DNA of 64,000 nucleotides from Polyangium mundeleinium (GCF_028369105.1 NZ_JAQNDO010000001.1:1715711-1779710); one strand, 5' to 3'. Counted from the stretch's first letter, positions 28,170 to 38,800 are shown. Notes: generated by a model not told the origin, from the sequence alone. Numbers and translations: made by a program.

Positions 28170-28370
28170 ATGATCGAAGATCCTCACAAATCGGAAATGG
28201 GCGGCGCCCACCTGAACGGTCACGCGAGCGGGGCGGCGCGGATGGTTCGTCAGGTGAAACGGGCCGACGACAAGCTGGTCGCCTTCGTCGAGGAGCGGCC
28301 GCTCGTCGCGCTCGGCGTGGCGCTCGCGTTCGGGTACGTGCTCGGCCGCGTGATGACGCGTCAGGGATGA
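28170..28370 (+). CDS. ElaB/YqjD/DUF883-like small tail-anchored stress protein (66 aa).
   Basis: MIEDPHKSEMGG...ADDKLVAFVEERPLVALGVALAFGYVLGRVM shows the DUF883 C-terminal TM pattern. Confidence 0.5.
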   Translation: MIEDPHKSEMGGAHLNGHASGAARMVRQVKRADDKLVAFVEERPLVALGVALAFGYVLGRVMTRQG

Positions 28371-28702
28371 GAACGGAGGGGTTCATGGTTGGGGAGAGAC
28401 AAGCGGGGCAGGGCAGCACGACAGAACAAGGGGCGGACCGTGGTCCCCTCGCAGCGCTCGGCGGAGTCGATCCGAACGAGGTGCTCACGATGGTGAGCGA
28501 CGTGGCGCGGGCGAACCCGCATGCGGCGCTCGCCGGCGCGGTCGCGGTGGGCTTTTTGCTCGGCGGCGGGCTGACGCCGCGGCTGCTCGGCGCGGCGGCG
28601 CTCTTCACGGCGCGACGTTACTTCCGCGCGACGGTGGAGGAGACGCTGGCAGGGCTCGAGCACGGGCTGGCCGAGCGGATGGGCAACGCAGGCGCGCGCT
28701 GA
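28367..28702 (+). CDS. ElaB/YqjD/DUF883-like tail-anchored protein (111 aa).
   Basis: The C-terminus reads ANPHAALAGAVAVGFLLGGGL and the ATG overlaps the preceding stop (ATGA). It is the internal-Met portion of track ORF 28139..28702. Confidence 0.5.
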   Translation: MRTEGFMVGERQAGQGSTTEQGADRGPLAALGGVDPNEVLTMVSDVARANPHAALAGAVAVGFLLGGGLTPRLLGAAALFTARRYFRATVEETLAGLEHGLAERMGNAGAR

Positions 28703-28735
28703 GCGCCCGGAGGACGGCGAGGGAGAAGGCCGGGC

Positions 28736-29245
28736 TCAGGGCTCGGCCTCCTGCCGCCTCACGAAACTCGCGCCGCGCGCCTCGAGGAGGCGCTCGACGG
28801 CGCCTGCCGCCGCAGACGAGGCGCGGACCGCGACGAGCGAGCCGCCCATGCCGACGGCATCATCGAGCAAGCGCGCCTCGAACTCCGGGTGACGCGCCCC
28901 CAAGAGCCCGCCCACCGCCACGCCGATCGCGCCGATGACGCCGGCGCCCGCAGCCGCCGCGACAACGGGGCCCGCGAAGACGGAGCCAGTCGCGGGCACG
29001 ACGAGCGAGCCCGCGGCGCCGAGCGCGCCCACGATCGCGCCAAGCAGTCCGCCCATCGCAGCGCCGATCGCGGCGCCCTCGGAGGCCTTGCTGCCGAGGT
29101 GAAGGCCGAGGTCGCCTCGATGGCCGACGTGCTTGGGGATGACGCTGACGTCGCCGGGCAGGACGCCGAGCTCGGCGAGCGAGGCGAGCGCGCCATCTGC
29201 CTGCGCGCGTTCGAAAAAGAAAGCGATGAGGATCTCGTGTTTCAT
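28736..29245 (-). CDS. Glycine-zipper (GxxxG-rich) membrane stress protein, DUF1269-like.
   Basis: This is the unbiased C-terminal 169 aa of the track ORF. It begins MKHEILIAFFFERAQADGALASL and continues with Gly-zipper repeats (GAAIGAAMGGLLGAIVGALGAAG...GAGVIGAIGVAVGGLLG). Confidence 0.5.
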   Translation of the reverse strand: MKHEILIAFFFERAQADGALASLAELGVLPGDVSVIPKHVGHRGDLGLHLGSKASEGAAIGAAMGGLLGAIVGALGAAGSLVVPATGSVFAGPVVAAAAGAGVIGAIGVAVGGLLGARHPEFEARLLDDAVGMGGSLVAVRASSAAAGAVERLLEARGASFVRRQEAEP

Positions 29246-29384
29246 GATGCCGGGACTTTCGCGCGGACGAACCGCGCAGGAGCTTCGAGGCCCCAAAGCG
29301 TGCAAACCGTGCACGCAGCGCGTACACGGTTCGCACGTGAGGTGTGTGTGGAGCGCGCCACGAAAGCTGGCGCGCGCCTCGGCG

Positions 29385-29693
29385 CTAACGGCTCTGGCCC
29401 ACCTCGTTCGATGTGGCGAACGAGCGCTCGCGGATCTGGTTCGCGGCTGACTCGAGCTCGCCCCGGACGCGCCCGGCGGCGAAGCGCGCGCGGTCTTTGA
29501 CCCGATCGGCGCCCTGGCGGAGCCGCTCCCGGGTCTCTTCGCCCGTGCGCGGCGCGTAGAGCAGGCCGATGCCCACGCCGAGGGCCACGCCGACGCCGAC
29601 CCCGATCGAGGCTGGCACAAGCCAGCTCGCCGTGGTCTTGCGCTCGTAAGGGAACGACTCCGACAAACGCTGGAGGAAACCGTAGTTCTTCAT
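29385..29693 (-). CDS. YtxH-like (DUF948) small membrane-anchored protein.
   Basis: A TM helix (IGVGVGVALGVGIGLLYAP) is followed by RTGEETRERLRQGADRVKDRARFAAGRVRGELE, the typical YtxH helical region. Confidence 0.5.
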   Translation of the reverse strand: MKNYGFLQRLSESFPYERKTTASWLVPASIGVGVGVALGVGIGLLYAPRTGEETRERLRQGADRVKDRARFAAGRVRGELESAANQIRERSFATSNEVGQSR

Positions 29694-29929
29694 CGTTCAG
29701 GCTCTCCGTCGGGGATGGATCGGAGCCTCACGTGGGGCCGGGAGCGGGAGGTCGCTGCGGGCGACCTGGAGCTCCGAGCGGGAAACGAACCACGTAAACG
29801 CTCGATCGAATCCGCGCGGGAGGGCCAGGCAGCACGCATGCCACGGCGGGAGCGGGCAGGGGGAGCGCACACGGCGCCGCGGGGATGTCCGCGGCGCCGT
29901 GCGAGGGGAGGATGCGAGAAGGCGGGGAG

Positions 29930-31060
29930 CTATTTGCAGAAGCCGTCGATGCAGATCTTGCCCGACGCGCAGGCGAGCCCGGCCGTGGGATCGCACTCAT
30001 TGCCGAGGTTGTCGTTCGAGCCGCAGACCTGGTGGTCGCCGGACATCGTCGAGACGGGCTTGCAGACGTCGAACGACGGCAGGTTGTTGCAGGCGTTGTC
30101 GTTCGGCGGGGCGCACGAGATGTAGCAGGCGTGGTGCAGGCAGATGGAGCCCACGGCGCAGGCGTCCTGCACGCCATCCTGGTTGCAGTAGAACGCGGCC
30201 GTCTGGTTCGGGATGCAGCCGTTCTCCACCCAGACGTCGCCCGGCGGGCACATGCCCATCTGGCTGCGCGGGACGCACGCGCCGTCGACGCAGACCTCAT
30301 CGGCCGAGCCGCAGTCGTTCGTGATGGTGCAGGGCTTGGCCGGCACGGTGCAGACGCCGACGGGGTCGCAGGTGTACCCGCCGTCGCAGTCGGCGTTGTC
30401 GTTGCACGCCGGGGTGCATTTGCCGTCGACGCACTTGTTGTTCGCCGGGCACTGGGTCTGGTCCGTGCACTGATCCGCGGGCGCGGTGCACACGCCGCTG
30501 ACGCAGGCGTAGCCGGCGCCGAGCGCGCTGCAGTCGGCGTCCGTGCCGCACGCCGCGGGGTTCTGCGGGACGCACTGCGAAGCCTCGCAAGCGTAGCCGT
30601 AGATGCAGCCGACGGTGTCGCAGGTGCCCGGCTGGCAGGTGCCGTCGGGCGCGCAGGTCTCGCCCATGGGGCAGTCGTCGGGGTTGCCGCACCAGGTGAC
30701 CGAGCCGCCGGAGCCACCGGAGCCGCCCACGCCTCCCGTGCCGCCGGTCCCGCCCGTGCCGCCTGTGCCGCCTGTGCCGCCTGTGCCACCTGTGCCGCCA
30801 GGCTGGCAGCTCGCCTGCATGCCTTCGATCACGCACTCGAAGTCCGAGGTGCATCCCCAGACCGTGCAGTCGCCCGTGTGGCACTGGTTGTCCCGGCCGC
30901 ACGTCTCGTTCACGCCGCAGTCACCGGAGTCGTTGCAGCCGTCTGGATTCGAGCAGTCCCCGGAGGGGCACGGTCCCTCGTTCCAACCGCCGTCGTCGTC
31001 GTAGATGGGACAGCCAGCGAGCAACGTCGCCATCATGCCGATGAAGCCCAGCAGAGAAAG
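29930..31060 (-). CDS. Secreted Cys-rich lipoprotein (376 aa) with a (GGT)7 Gly-rich linker.
   Basis: The start is MKRLSLLGFIGMMATLLAG|C (lipobox). The protein has more than 60 Cys in repeated C-x-C / CxxxxC patterns and a (GGT)7(GGS)3 tract encoded by 9-bp tandem repeats at about 30710-30810. The rest of the 671-aa track ORF is artefact. Confidence 0.75.
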   Translation of the reverse strand, partial: LSLLGFIGMMATLLAGCPIYDDDGGWNEGPCPSGDCSNPDGCNDSGDCGVNETCGRDNQCHTGDCTVWGCTSDFECVIEGMQASCQPGGTGGTGGTGGTGGTGGTGGTGGVGGSGGSGGSVTWCGNPDDCPMGETCAPDGTCQPGTCDTVGCIYGYACEASQCVPQNPAACGTDADCSALGAGYACVSGVCTAPADQCTDQTQCPANNKCVDGKCTPACNDNADCDGGYTCDPVGVCTVPAKPCTITNDCGSADEVCVDGACVPRSQMGMCPPGDVWVENGCIPNQTAAFYCNQDGVQDACAVGSICLHHACYISCAPPNDNACNNLPSFDVCKPVSTMSGDHQVCGSNDNLGNECDPTAGLACASGKICIDGFCK

Positions 31061-31172
31061 TCGCTTCATACCGTCTCCCAATAAGCATCGACCACGCCGC
31101 GAAGCAGGTCCTCCCGGGCCTTGACGAAGGCCTGGGCAGCAGGAGGAGCCTAGCAAGCAGCATGCCCTGTAC

Positions 31173-31216
31173 AAGGCCGCGGTTCGCGCCGGGTAAGGCC
31201 GCGGATCGCGCCGGGT
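31173..31216. repeat. Perfect-spacing tandem 22-bp direct repeat (x2): AAGGCCGCGG(T/A)TCGCGCCGGGT.
   Basis: aaggccgcggttcgcgccgggt aaggccgcggatcgcgccgggt sits in the 410-bp divergent intergenic region between the Cys-rich lipoprotein gene and the zinc-ribbon/TPR gene. Confidence 0.5.
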
Positions 31217-31471
31217 TTTGTCGCGCCGATCCGCCTCGGAGAGAGGTGGGCGGGCGCGGCGCGTGGGGTCGGACCGTGAAAGGGCGTTCACGATCGGCTG
31301 TGGCATCCAGGATCCGGCGGGCCGAGCGCGTAGGATCCACGGGCCTCGCGTGTCGAACAGTGGAGCACGACAGGGCAAGCGCGGTAGAAGTAGGGAGCCT
31401 GATGCGCCGCAGCGCTGGCCTTTGCGGCCGTTGCGTCCCGGTGCACAAAGAGGAAAGCTGCCAAGTTCCCC

Positions 31472-33910
31472 ATGGAAGTCACCTGCGAGCGCTGCGGCAC
31501 GGTGTACGACTTCGACGACGCTCTCGTCTCCGAGCGCGGCACCTCCGTGAAGTGCACGACCTGCGGGCACCAGTTCAAGGTGCGTCGCGCATCCGTGGGG
31601 ACGGTCCCCGACACGTGGGTCGTACGCACCGTCGACGGGCGCGAGATCGAGTTCTCCGCCCTGCGCGAGCTCCAGGGCGCGATCCACGACGGGAAGGTGA
31701 CCCGCGACGACGTGCTTTCCCGTGGCAACAGCCGGCCGCGCAGGCTCGGGTCGATCGCCGAGCTCGATCCGTTCTTCAACCGCATCGGCATGACGGTGCC
31801 CGGCACCGGGACGACGACGCCGCCGCCGCCGGCCGCGCGGACCCGAACGAGGACGCCCGCAGGCCTCGGGGGCGGGACGGCGCAGCCCCCGCGGCAAGAA
31901 GGATCGGTCGTGTTCGCGTTGCCCGGACGCCAGCAGCAGGCCCAAGCGGCTGCGGCGCCGCCCATGGCGATGGGCGGTGCGCTGCTCGGGCGTCGGCCGG
32001 CATCGGTGCGCCCGCCCGCGGCGGCCGGGGCCGACAAGGGCTCGGACATGCCGGCCCTCGCGGCGCCGCGTGTGCCGGGCGGGCTCGAAGAGCTGAACAC
32101 GATGGACGTCGTGGAGGCGCCCATCTCGACGCGGAACAACGGTGGCTTCGGGTCGCCGCCGCCGATGCGCGCGCAGGCCGGTTCGTCGCCGGACGAGCGG
32201 GGAGGGACGGTGGAGCGGATCAGCGCGCTTCCGCCGCCTCCGCCGCCGCCGCGCAAGCCCGCGGGTTCGTCACCGATGTTCCCGCCGCCGCCGTCGGAAG
32301 GGCCGCCCTTGCCGCGAAAAACCGCGTCGTCGTCGCCGATGTTTCCGTCGCCGGAGCCTCCGCCGCCGCCCCGAAAGGCCGCGGCGTCCGCGCCGATGTT
32401 CCCGCCGCCGGAGGCCCCGTCGCCGCCGCGAAAGGCCACGCCCGAGCCGCCGAACGTGCAGGAAGCGGGGCCTTCGAGCGGCGACGATCCGACGCTCATG
32501 ATGGAGCGGCCGCCGACGAGCGAAGGGCCGACGCTGATGATGGATCGTCCGCCGGCGCTCACGGCGGGCAAGGCGACGCCCGCGCCGCCGCGGGCCGAGG
32601 CAGCGAAGCCGATCTCCTCGAAGTCGCCGCCGGCGACGCCGCCGTCGAGCGGGCCGACGTCATTGCCGCCGTCGTCGGCGCTGCTGAACAGCGACGATGT
32701 GCTCTCGGTCTCGGGCGTGCCGCCGCGTCGTCCGCATGCAGCGCGCTGGATCGTGGGGGTTTTGCTGCTCGGCGCGGGCGCGCTCGGCGCGGTGATGGTC
32801 GGGCGCGAGTACTTGCCGAAGGGGAGCGGGGCGTCCGCGTCGACGCCAGGCGACGCGCGGCTCGGGGCGTTGCTCGATCAGGGCGATCGTGATCTGCGGG
32901 ATGGGGATCTCGACGCGGCGAACGAGTCGTACGTGAAGGCGAGCGCGATCGCGGACGCGGATGTGCGCGTGGCGGTGCGGCTCGCGCGCCTCGCGGTCGT
33001 GCGCGCGGACGTGGCGTGGCTCAAGGTGCGGCTGCTTGGCGCGTCGGATCCGGATCTGCCGAACGCGCGGCGTGAGCTCGATCTGGTGGTGGGGCGCGCG
33101 AAGCAGGCGGCGGACCGGGCGCAGTCGATCGCGGCGGCCGACGCGGACGTGGCGCGCTGTCGGATCGATGCGCTTCGCCTCGCGGGAGACGTGGACGGCG
33201 CGCGGAAGCTCGTCGCGACGCTGCCGAAGTCGACCCCGCAGGCGAGCGACGAGCTCTTGTTCGCGACGCTCGATCTGGCCGAGGCCGCGCCGGTGTGGGC
33301 GACGGTGATCGAGCGGCTGAGGGCCGCGGCGCGGGACGAGCAGAACCTCGGGCGCGCGCGGTCGATGTTGATCTACGCGCTCGCCCGATCGGGGGATACG
33401 GCCGGGGCGAAGGTCGAGCTCGACAGGCTCGCGGCGATGCCGAGGCCCCACCCGCTCGTGGCGTCGCTGCGCGCGTTCGTGGCGAGCGCGGAGGGCGCGA
33501 AGAAGCCCGAGGTCGAGGCCGCGAGCCTCAAGGTGGAGGCGGGGGACGACGCGCTGAAGTCTGCGATCGAGGCGATCCAGAAGGGTGAGCTCGACAAGGC
33601 CGAGCCCCTCTTGAAGGAGCTCGCGGAGAAGACGCCGAAGGACACGAAGGTGCTGAAGGCGCAGGGGGATCTCGCGCAGAAGAAGCGCGACCGCGCCGCG
33701 GCGATCCGGTTCTACGAGCAGGCCGTGGCCGCGGACAACACGAACCTGGATGCGGTCGCCGCGCTCGCGGATCTCCGGTGGGAGAACGGCGAACGCATGA
33801 CGGCGAGCACGCTCTACCGCAAGATCATCGAGAAGGGCGGCGACGCGAACCCGCACACGAAGCGCGCGAAAGAGCGGCTCGCCAAGTTCGCGGATTCCTG
33901 GGAGCCCTGA
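31472..33910 (+). CDS. Zinc-ribbon (MJ0042-type) + GYF-like domain + Pro-rich linker + TM helix + TPR-like C-terminal protein. The architecture resembles the gliding-motility protein GltJ (AgmX).
   Basis: The zinc ribbon reads MEVTCERCGTVYDF...KCTTCGHQFKV (CxxC...CxxC). A GYF/DUF4339-like block follows (TWVVRTVDGREIEFSALRELQGAIHDGKVTRDDVL). A long PPPPPP-rich low-complexity region comes next, then a TM helix (WIVGVLLLGAGALGAVMV), then about 330 aa of Ala/Leu-rich TPR-like repeats. Confidence 0.8.
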   Translation: MEVTCERCGTVYDFDDALVSERGTSVKCTTCGHQFKVRRASVGTVPDTWVVRTVDGREIEFSALRELQGAIHDGKVTRDDVLSRGNSRPRRLGSIAELDPFFNRIGMTVPGTGTTTPPPPAARTRTRTPAGLGGGTAQPPRQEGSVVFALPGRQQQAQAAAAPPMAMGGALLGRRPASVRPPAAAGADKGSDMPALAAPRVPGGLEELNTMDVVEAPISTRNNGGFGSPPPMRAQAGSSPDERGGTVERISALPPPPPPPRKPAGSSPMFPPPPSEGPPLPRKTASSSPMFPSPEPPPPPRKAAASAPMFPPPEAPSPPRKATPEPPNVQEAGPSSGDDPTLMMERPPTSEGPTLMMDRPPALTAGKATPAPPRAEAAKPISSKSPPATPPSSGPTSLPPSSALLNSDDVLSVSGVPPRRPHAARWIVGVLLLGAGALGAVMVGREYLPKGSGASASTPGDARLGALLDQGDRDLRDGDLDAANESYVKASAIADADVRVAVRLARLAVVRADVAWLKVRLLGASDPDLPNARRELDLVVGRAKQAADRAQSIAAADADVARCRIDALRLAGDVDGARKLVATLPKSTPQASDELLFATLDLAEAAPVWATVIERLRAAARDEQNLGRARSMLIYALARSGDTAGAKVELDRLAAMPRPHPLVASLRAFVASAEGAKKPEVEAASLKVEAGDDALKSAIEAIQKGELDKAEPLLKELAEKTPKDTKVLKAQGDLAQKKRDRAAAIRFYEQAVAADNTNLDAVAALADLRWENGERMTASTLYRKIIEKGGDANPHTKRAKERLAKFADSWEP

Positions 33911-35766
33911 TGAAAAAGAGGCGGGACCGACGTGTTCGTATAGGGGCGCTCGGCCTTTCAATCGCGGCGCTCGTGGTCGCGGGCGCGGGCTGCGAGGGGA
34001 GGCCGCGGAGCACCACGAACGCGCGGGTTTCGCCGGCGCTGAGCGGGCCGGCGGTGGTCGAGATCGATCTGTCGCGTGGGGCGCCCGAGTCGTCACAGGG
34101 TGGGCTTTTCGGCTCGTCGCGCGGACGCACGCACGCCGAGCTCGTGCAGGTGATCGGCGCGGCGAACGAGCGCGAGACGACGAAGGGGTTTTTCGTGAAG
34201 CTCGGGACCGCGGGGCTCGGGCTCGCGCGGGCGAACGAGGTCGGGCGCCTGCTCGCGTCGATCCGCAAGGCGAAGAAGCCCGTGGTTTGTCACGCCGACG
34301 ATCTCGGCAACGCGACGCTGCTGCTCGCGTCCATGGGCTGTGATCGCGTTTGGGTGAGCCCGGCCGGAGGCGTGGAATCGGTGGGCATCGCGGCCGAGCT
34401 CGTGTTCGGCAATCGCCTGCTGGAGAAGCTCCACGTCGAGGTGAACTTCCTGCAGGTCGGCAAGTACAAGGGCGCGCAGGAGCCGTTCACGCGCGACAGC
34501 GCGAGCCCCGAGGCGAGGCAGTCGGTCGAGGGCGCGCTGCGCGGGCTGCGCTCGGCGTGGCTGTCGGCGATCACGGAGGGGCGCGGCAAGCCCGAGCTCG
34601 CGGACCTCGTGGAGGATGGGCCGTTCGCGCCGGAAGAGGCGAAGGCGAAGGGGCTGGTCGACGAGATCGGGTACGCGGACGAGGCGCGCGAGGAGGCGAA
34701 GAAGCTCGCGGGCGCAGAGCGCGTGAGCGTGCGGTTCGGCGGAAGCGCGTCGCCGGAGCCGGTGTCGGGCGGGATCATCGACGTGATCCGCGTGCTCGCG
34801 GGGCCGGGCTCGGGCGGGGAGCCGCACGTGGCGATCGTGCCGGCGACAGGGGCAATCTCGATGGGCGGCGCGCCGTCGTCGCCGCTCGGTGGGAGCGACG
34901 GGATCAACGAGCGTGATCTCGGGAAGACGATCGCGCGGCTGGAGAAGGACGAGTCGACGAAGGCGGTGGTGCTGCGGATCGACTCGCCCGGCGGATCGGC
35001 GCTCGCGTCGGATCTTTTGTGGAAGCGGCTGATGAAGCTGCGCGGGGACAAACCGCTCGTCGTGTCGGTCGGGGGCATGGCCGCGAGCGGCGGGTATTAC
35101 CTGGCCTGCGCGGGGACGAAGATCGTCGCCGAGCCGACGAGCATCCTCGGGTCGATCGGCGTCGTGTCGGGAAAACTCGCCGTGGGCAAGACGCTCGCGG
35201 AGATCGGCGTGACGACCGAGACGATCGCAGCCGCGCCCGATCCGCTGAAGGCGAAGCGCGCGACGTACATGTCGCCGTTTCAGGGGTGGGACGAGCCGAC
35301 GCGGCAGAAGGTGCTCGGGTCGATGCAGTCGATCTACGATGTGTTCGTCCGGCGCATCTCGGAGGGGCGCGGGATGGCGGTCGAGAAGGTCGCCGAGAGC
35401 GCCGAGGGTCGAATTTTTGGCGGGGTCGAGGCCAAGGAGAGAGGCCTCGTCGACGAGCTCGGCGGGCTCGTGGACGCCGTGACGCTCGCGCGAAAGCTCG
35501 CGCATCTGCCGGATGATGCGCCGGCGGAGGTGGTGGGCGAGGGATCGGGGCTCCTTGATTTGCTCGAAGCCGCAGAGGATGGAGATGCGGGCGCGGCGCA
35601 GGAGAGCAAGGCCGCGAAGGCGGCGCGGCAAGCCGCCGTGGACGCTCTTTTGCCCGAGGTGGGCGCGCTCCTGCCCGAGGTCGCCCGATATCTGGGGTCG
35701 ATGGCGCCTTTCCTGTCGGGCGAGCGTACGCTGGCGGCCATGCCGTTCGGTCTGATCGTGCGTTGA
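33910..35766 (+). CDS. sppA: Signal peptide peptidase SppA (67K type, tandem S49 domains).
   Basis: A lipobox (VVAGAGC) is followed by two S49 ClpP-fold halves, with the catalytic-Ser region MAASGGYYLA and a Lys-containing block. The ATG overlaps the upstream stop (TGATG). Confidence 0.8.
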   Translation: MKKRRDRRVRIGALGLSIAALVVAGAGCEGRPRSTTNARVSPALSGPAVVEIDLSRGAPESSQGGLFGSSRGRTHAELVQVIGAANERETTKGFFVKLGTAGLGLARANEVGRLLASIRKAKKPVVCHADDLGNATLLLASMGCDRVWVSPAGGVESVGIAAELVFGNRLLEKLHVEVNFLQVGKYKGAQEPFTRDSASPEARQSVEGALRGLRSAWLSAITEGRGKPELADLVEDGPFAPEEAKAKGLVDEIGYADEAREEAKKLAGAERVSVRFGGSASPEPVSGGIIDVIRVLAGPGSGGEPHVAIVPATGAISMGGAPSSPLGGSDGINERDLGKTIARLEKDESTKAVVLRIDSPGGSALASDLLWKRLMKLRGDKPLVVSVGGMAASGGYYLACAGTKIVAEPTSILGSIGVVSGKLAVGKTLAEIGVTTETIAAAPDPLKAKRATYMSPFQGWDEPTRQKVLGSMQSIYDVFVRRISEGRGMAVEKVAESAEGRIFGGVEAKERGLVDELGGLVDAVTLARKLAHLPDDAPAEVVGEGSGLLDLLEAAEDGDAGAAQESKAAKAARQAAVDALLPEVGALLPEVARYLGSMAPFLSGERTLAAMPFGLIVR

Positions 35767-35812
35767 GCTCACCGCTCGTCCGCGGCCTCTGGTAGCCTGG
35801 CCGCGCCCTTCC

Positions 35813-38800
35813 ATGAGCTATTTTTCCGCGACGGATGAAGACGCCGCGCCGGTCGCGCGGCGAGCCACCATGCCGCCGCCCGAGCTCGCCGATCGATCGG
35901 CGCCCACCTCGGCAGGTTCCCTCGTGCTGGAGGCGAACCGCACGGAAGAGCCGATCCAGCGGCATCACGGCCCACGCGCGGAGATCGCCCACCTGCGCGG
36001 CGTGGTCGCGCGTTGTCGAGAGGCCGGCGACGTGGCCGGCGAGCGCGAGGCAGCGTCGACGCTGGCGCGGCTGCTCGCGTCACGCGAGACGGAGCTCGAC
36101 ACGGCCGTGAACGTGGCGCGGCGCGCGCTCGAACTCGGAGAGGACGAGGCGCTGCGTTCGGAGCTCGCCGAGTGGCTCGCAGGGCTCGGGGAGCCGATCG
36201 CAGCAGCGGATGTGCTGCGCGCGTCGTGTGATCCATCGCGGCCCGCTTCGTCGGCGCAGGCGCTCTTGAAAATCGCGGTGCTGCTCGCGCGAGGCGCCAA
36301 CCCGAAAGGCGCGGCGGAGGCGCTGAAGGAAGCGGCGGCGTTCGATTCGAGCCAGCCGATGCCGCTCGAGCTCGTCGGCACGATCGCGGCGTGGGCGCAG
36401 GACGCGATCCCGAAGGCGGACGCGGCGGCAGGGTATCTGACGGCGGCGGCGCGGCACGAGGCGCTCGAGGACGCGGACAGCGCGCTCGAGGATCGGCTGC
36501 GTGCGTTCGAGATCGCGCCCGAAGACGAGATGGCGGCGAACACGATGGTCGACGCCCTCGCCGCGCGCGGCGCCGCAGGCGCGGCCGACGAGGCGCTGCG
36601 TGATCATGCGCTCGCCGCCTTCCAGACGAACCGGTACCGCGCGCGGCAGGTGCACCTGCGCCGCGTGTCGCGGGCGCTCGACGAGGGGAACGCGGCGCGC
36701 GCGATCGCGGCCGTGCTCGACGCGGGGATCGTGGCCGAGGTCGAGAGTGATCTCGGGCTGCTCGCGGATCGCGCCGTCGCGCTTGCGTCGCTCGACGGGA
36801 TCGCTTCGGTGCGGCGTGAGCTCCGGCAGAAGGGCGGGAGCATCGCGTCGATCGCGGCGCGCGCAAAGGGTTCGGAGGTCGCGGCGGCGGCGTTGCTCCA
36901 GGCGACGCTCGGCGCGTCGAAGGAGCGCGAGCGCGCCGATGCGCTCGTGCAGATCGCGGCGGAGACGAGCGGAGAGATCAGCGCGAGCCTGCTCGCGGTG
37001 GCCGCGGAGGGCTACCTCGGGCTCGGGATCGCGTCGCTCGCGCGGAGGACCGCGGAGGACGCGTGCCTCACGGATCCCGGGTCGGCGCGCGCTCTGTCTG
37101 CGCTGGCGAAGGCGACGATCGCGATGCCGGACCTCGACGCGGCGATGGCGGTCGAGGGCGGCGCTTCGACGATGCTGATCCGCTCGTCGCTCTGCGAGGG
37201 GCTCGCGAAGTCGTTCGAAGCGGTCGGGGAGATGGCGCTCGCGGTGACGTGGACGCAGCGCTGGCTCGCGCTTCGTCCGGGATGCCCGAACGCGATGCGC
37301 GAGCTCGTCCGGCTTGCTTCGCAGGCGTACGATCCGGACCGGCTGGAGGACGCGCTCGGGTGGGTGCTCGCGCAGCCGCGGCCGCTCGACGACATGGCGA
37401 GCCTCTTCGGCGACGCGCTCGCGCTGCTCTTCGAGCTCGATGCGCCGCGGGCGATCGACGTCGGGAGGCGTGCGCTCGACATGTACGGTCCGCGCGTGCC
37501 GGGGCTGCGAGGTCGGCTGCTCGCGATGAGTGATCGCGCAGAGGACGTGGCGCTCGGAGTGATCTTGCTGGAGCGGCTCGTCTCGGCGGACACGAAGAAC
37601 GAGCGCACGATCGAGCGGCTCTTCGATCTGGCGCAGCGGCGCGCAGTCGCGGAGGACTGGGACGGCGCGGCGGCGGAGCTCGCGCGCGCGGCGGCGAAGG
37701 GCGCGGAGTCGCGGCACCTGCACGAGCACCTCGACGCGCTCGACGACAAGATGCAGCAGAGCGGCGCGTCGCTCGGCTCGGACGGGCTCGTCGCGTTCGT
37801 CGAGGCGAGGGTGCACGCGCTCGGCGATCTCGTGGACGGGCCGGAGCAGTCGGCCCTCGAGAACCTGTCGAGCGGGCTCCGGGATCTCGGGGCCGTGCGC
37901 TGGGATCTCGCGCAGGATTCGGCAGGCGCGGAGGATGCATTCTGGCGGGCCGCGGTGGCCGCGCCGCGCGGCGGGATGGAGCGGTACGCGCGGGACCTCG
38001 TGACGTTCGCGGGCCCTGCGGCCGCGCTCGACGCGATCGTGCGGCGCTCGGAGACGCTCACGTCCGAGCCGCGCCGTCGTGCGAGCCTGCTCATCGAGGC
38101 AGCGAACCTGGCCGTCGCGAACGGGCTGCCGAAGCGCGCGCTCGAGATCGGCGCGAGCGCGATCCAGATCGACCCGTCGCGCGCCGAAGCGGTGGCGATC
38201 GTCGAGCGATCCTCCGCCGTGGAGGGCGGCATCGACGTGCTCGATCGCACGTACGACGTGCTCGCCGCAGCCGCCCTCGGTTGTTACGGGCGGCGCGCGG
38301 CGCATTACCGCGGCGCGCGTCAGCTCGAACGGAGAGGTGCCATCGAAGCGGCGCTCCGCCACGCCGTCGCGTGTTTCGAGGCCGTCCCCTCCGAGGGCAC
38401 GTCGTACTTCTTGATGGCGCGCCTCGCGGAGCGCGGCGGCAACCCGACCGAGGCCATCCGCGCGATCGAGCGCGTCGCCGAGTCGGTCGACGGGGGCGTG
38501 CGGGCCGCGTGGCTCAAGCGCGCCGCCTCGCTCGCGAAGGCTGCGGGCGAGGGCAGCCGCATGCGTTTCGACCTGCTCCTGCGCGCCCTCTCGGCGCGGC
38601 CGGACCTCGGGACCGTCGAGGAGATCGGCGAGGCGCTACGCAAGCTCATCGCGTCCGTGAGCCACGTCGGGCCGCTCGTCGCCCGCTTCGAGACCGCGGC
38701 CCTCGCCGCGCTGAAGCGCACCGACGGGCCGGATGGCGCGCGTGCGGCCGTGGCGCTCGCCAGGGTCGCGCTCGGCATCCTCGGCGCACACGCGTTTGGG

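Noticed and set aside
28139-28366. The N-terminal 76 codons of ORF 28139..28702.
   Set aside because: They are Arg/Gly-rich (RRPPERSRERGGADGSSGETGRRQAGRLRR) and overlap the first ElaB-like gene. The real start is the internal Met at 28367.
29728-30902. Alternate-frame ORFs (353 aa and 201 aa) inside the Cys-rich lipoprotein gene.
   Set aside because: They are Thr/Ala/Arg-rich translations of the same DNA. The frame with a signal peptide and lipobox is preferred.
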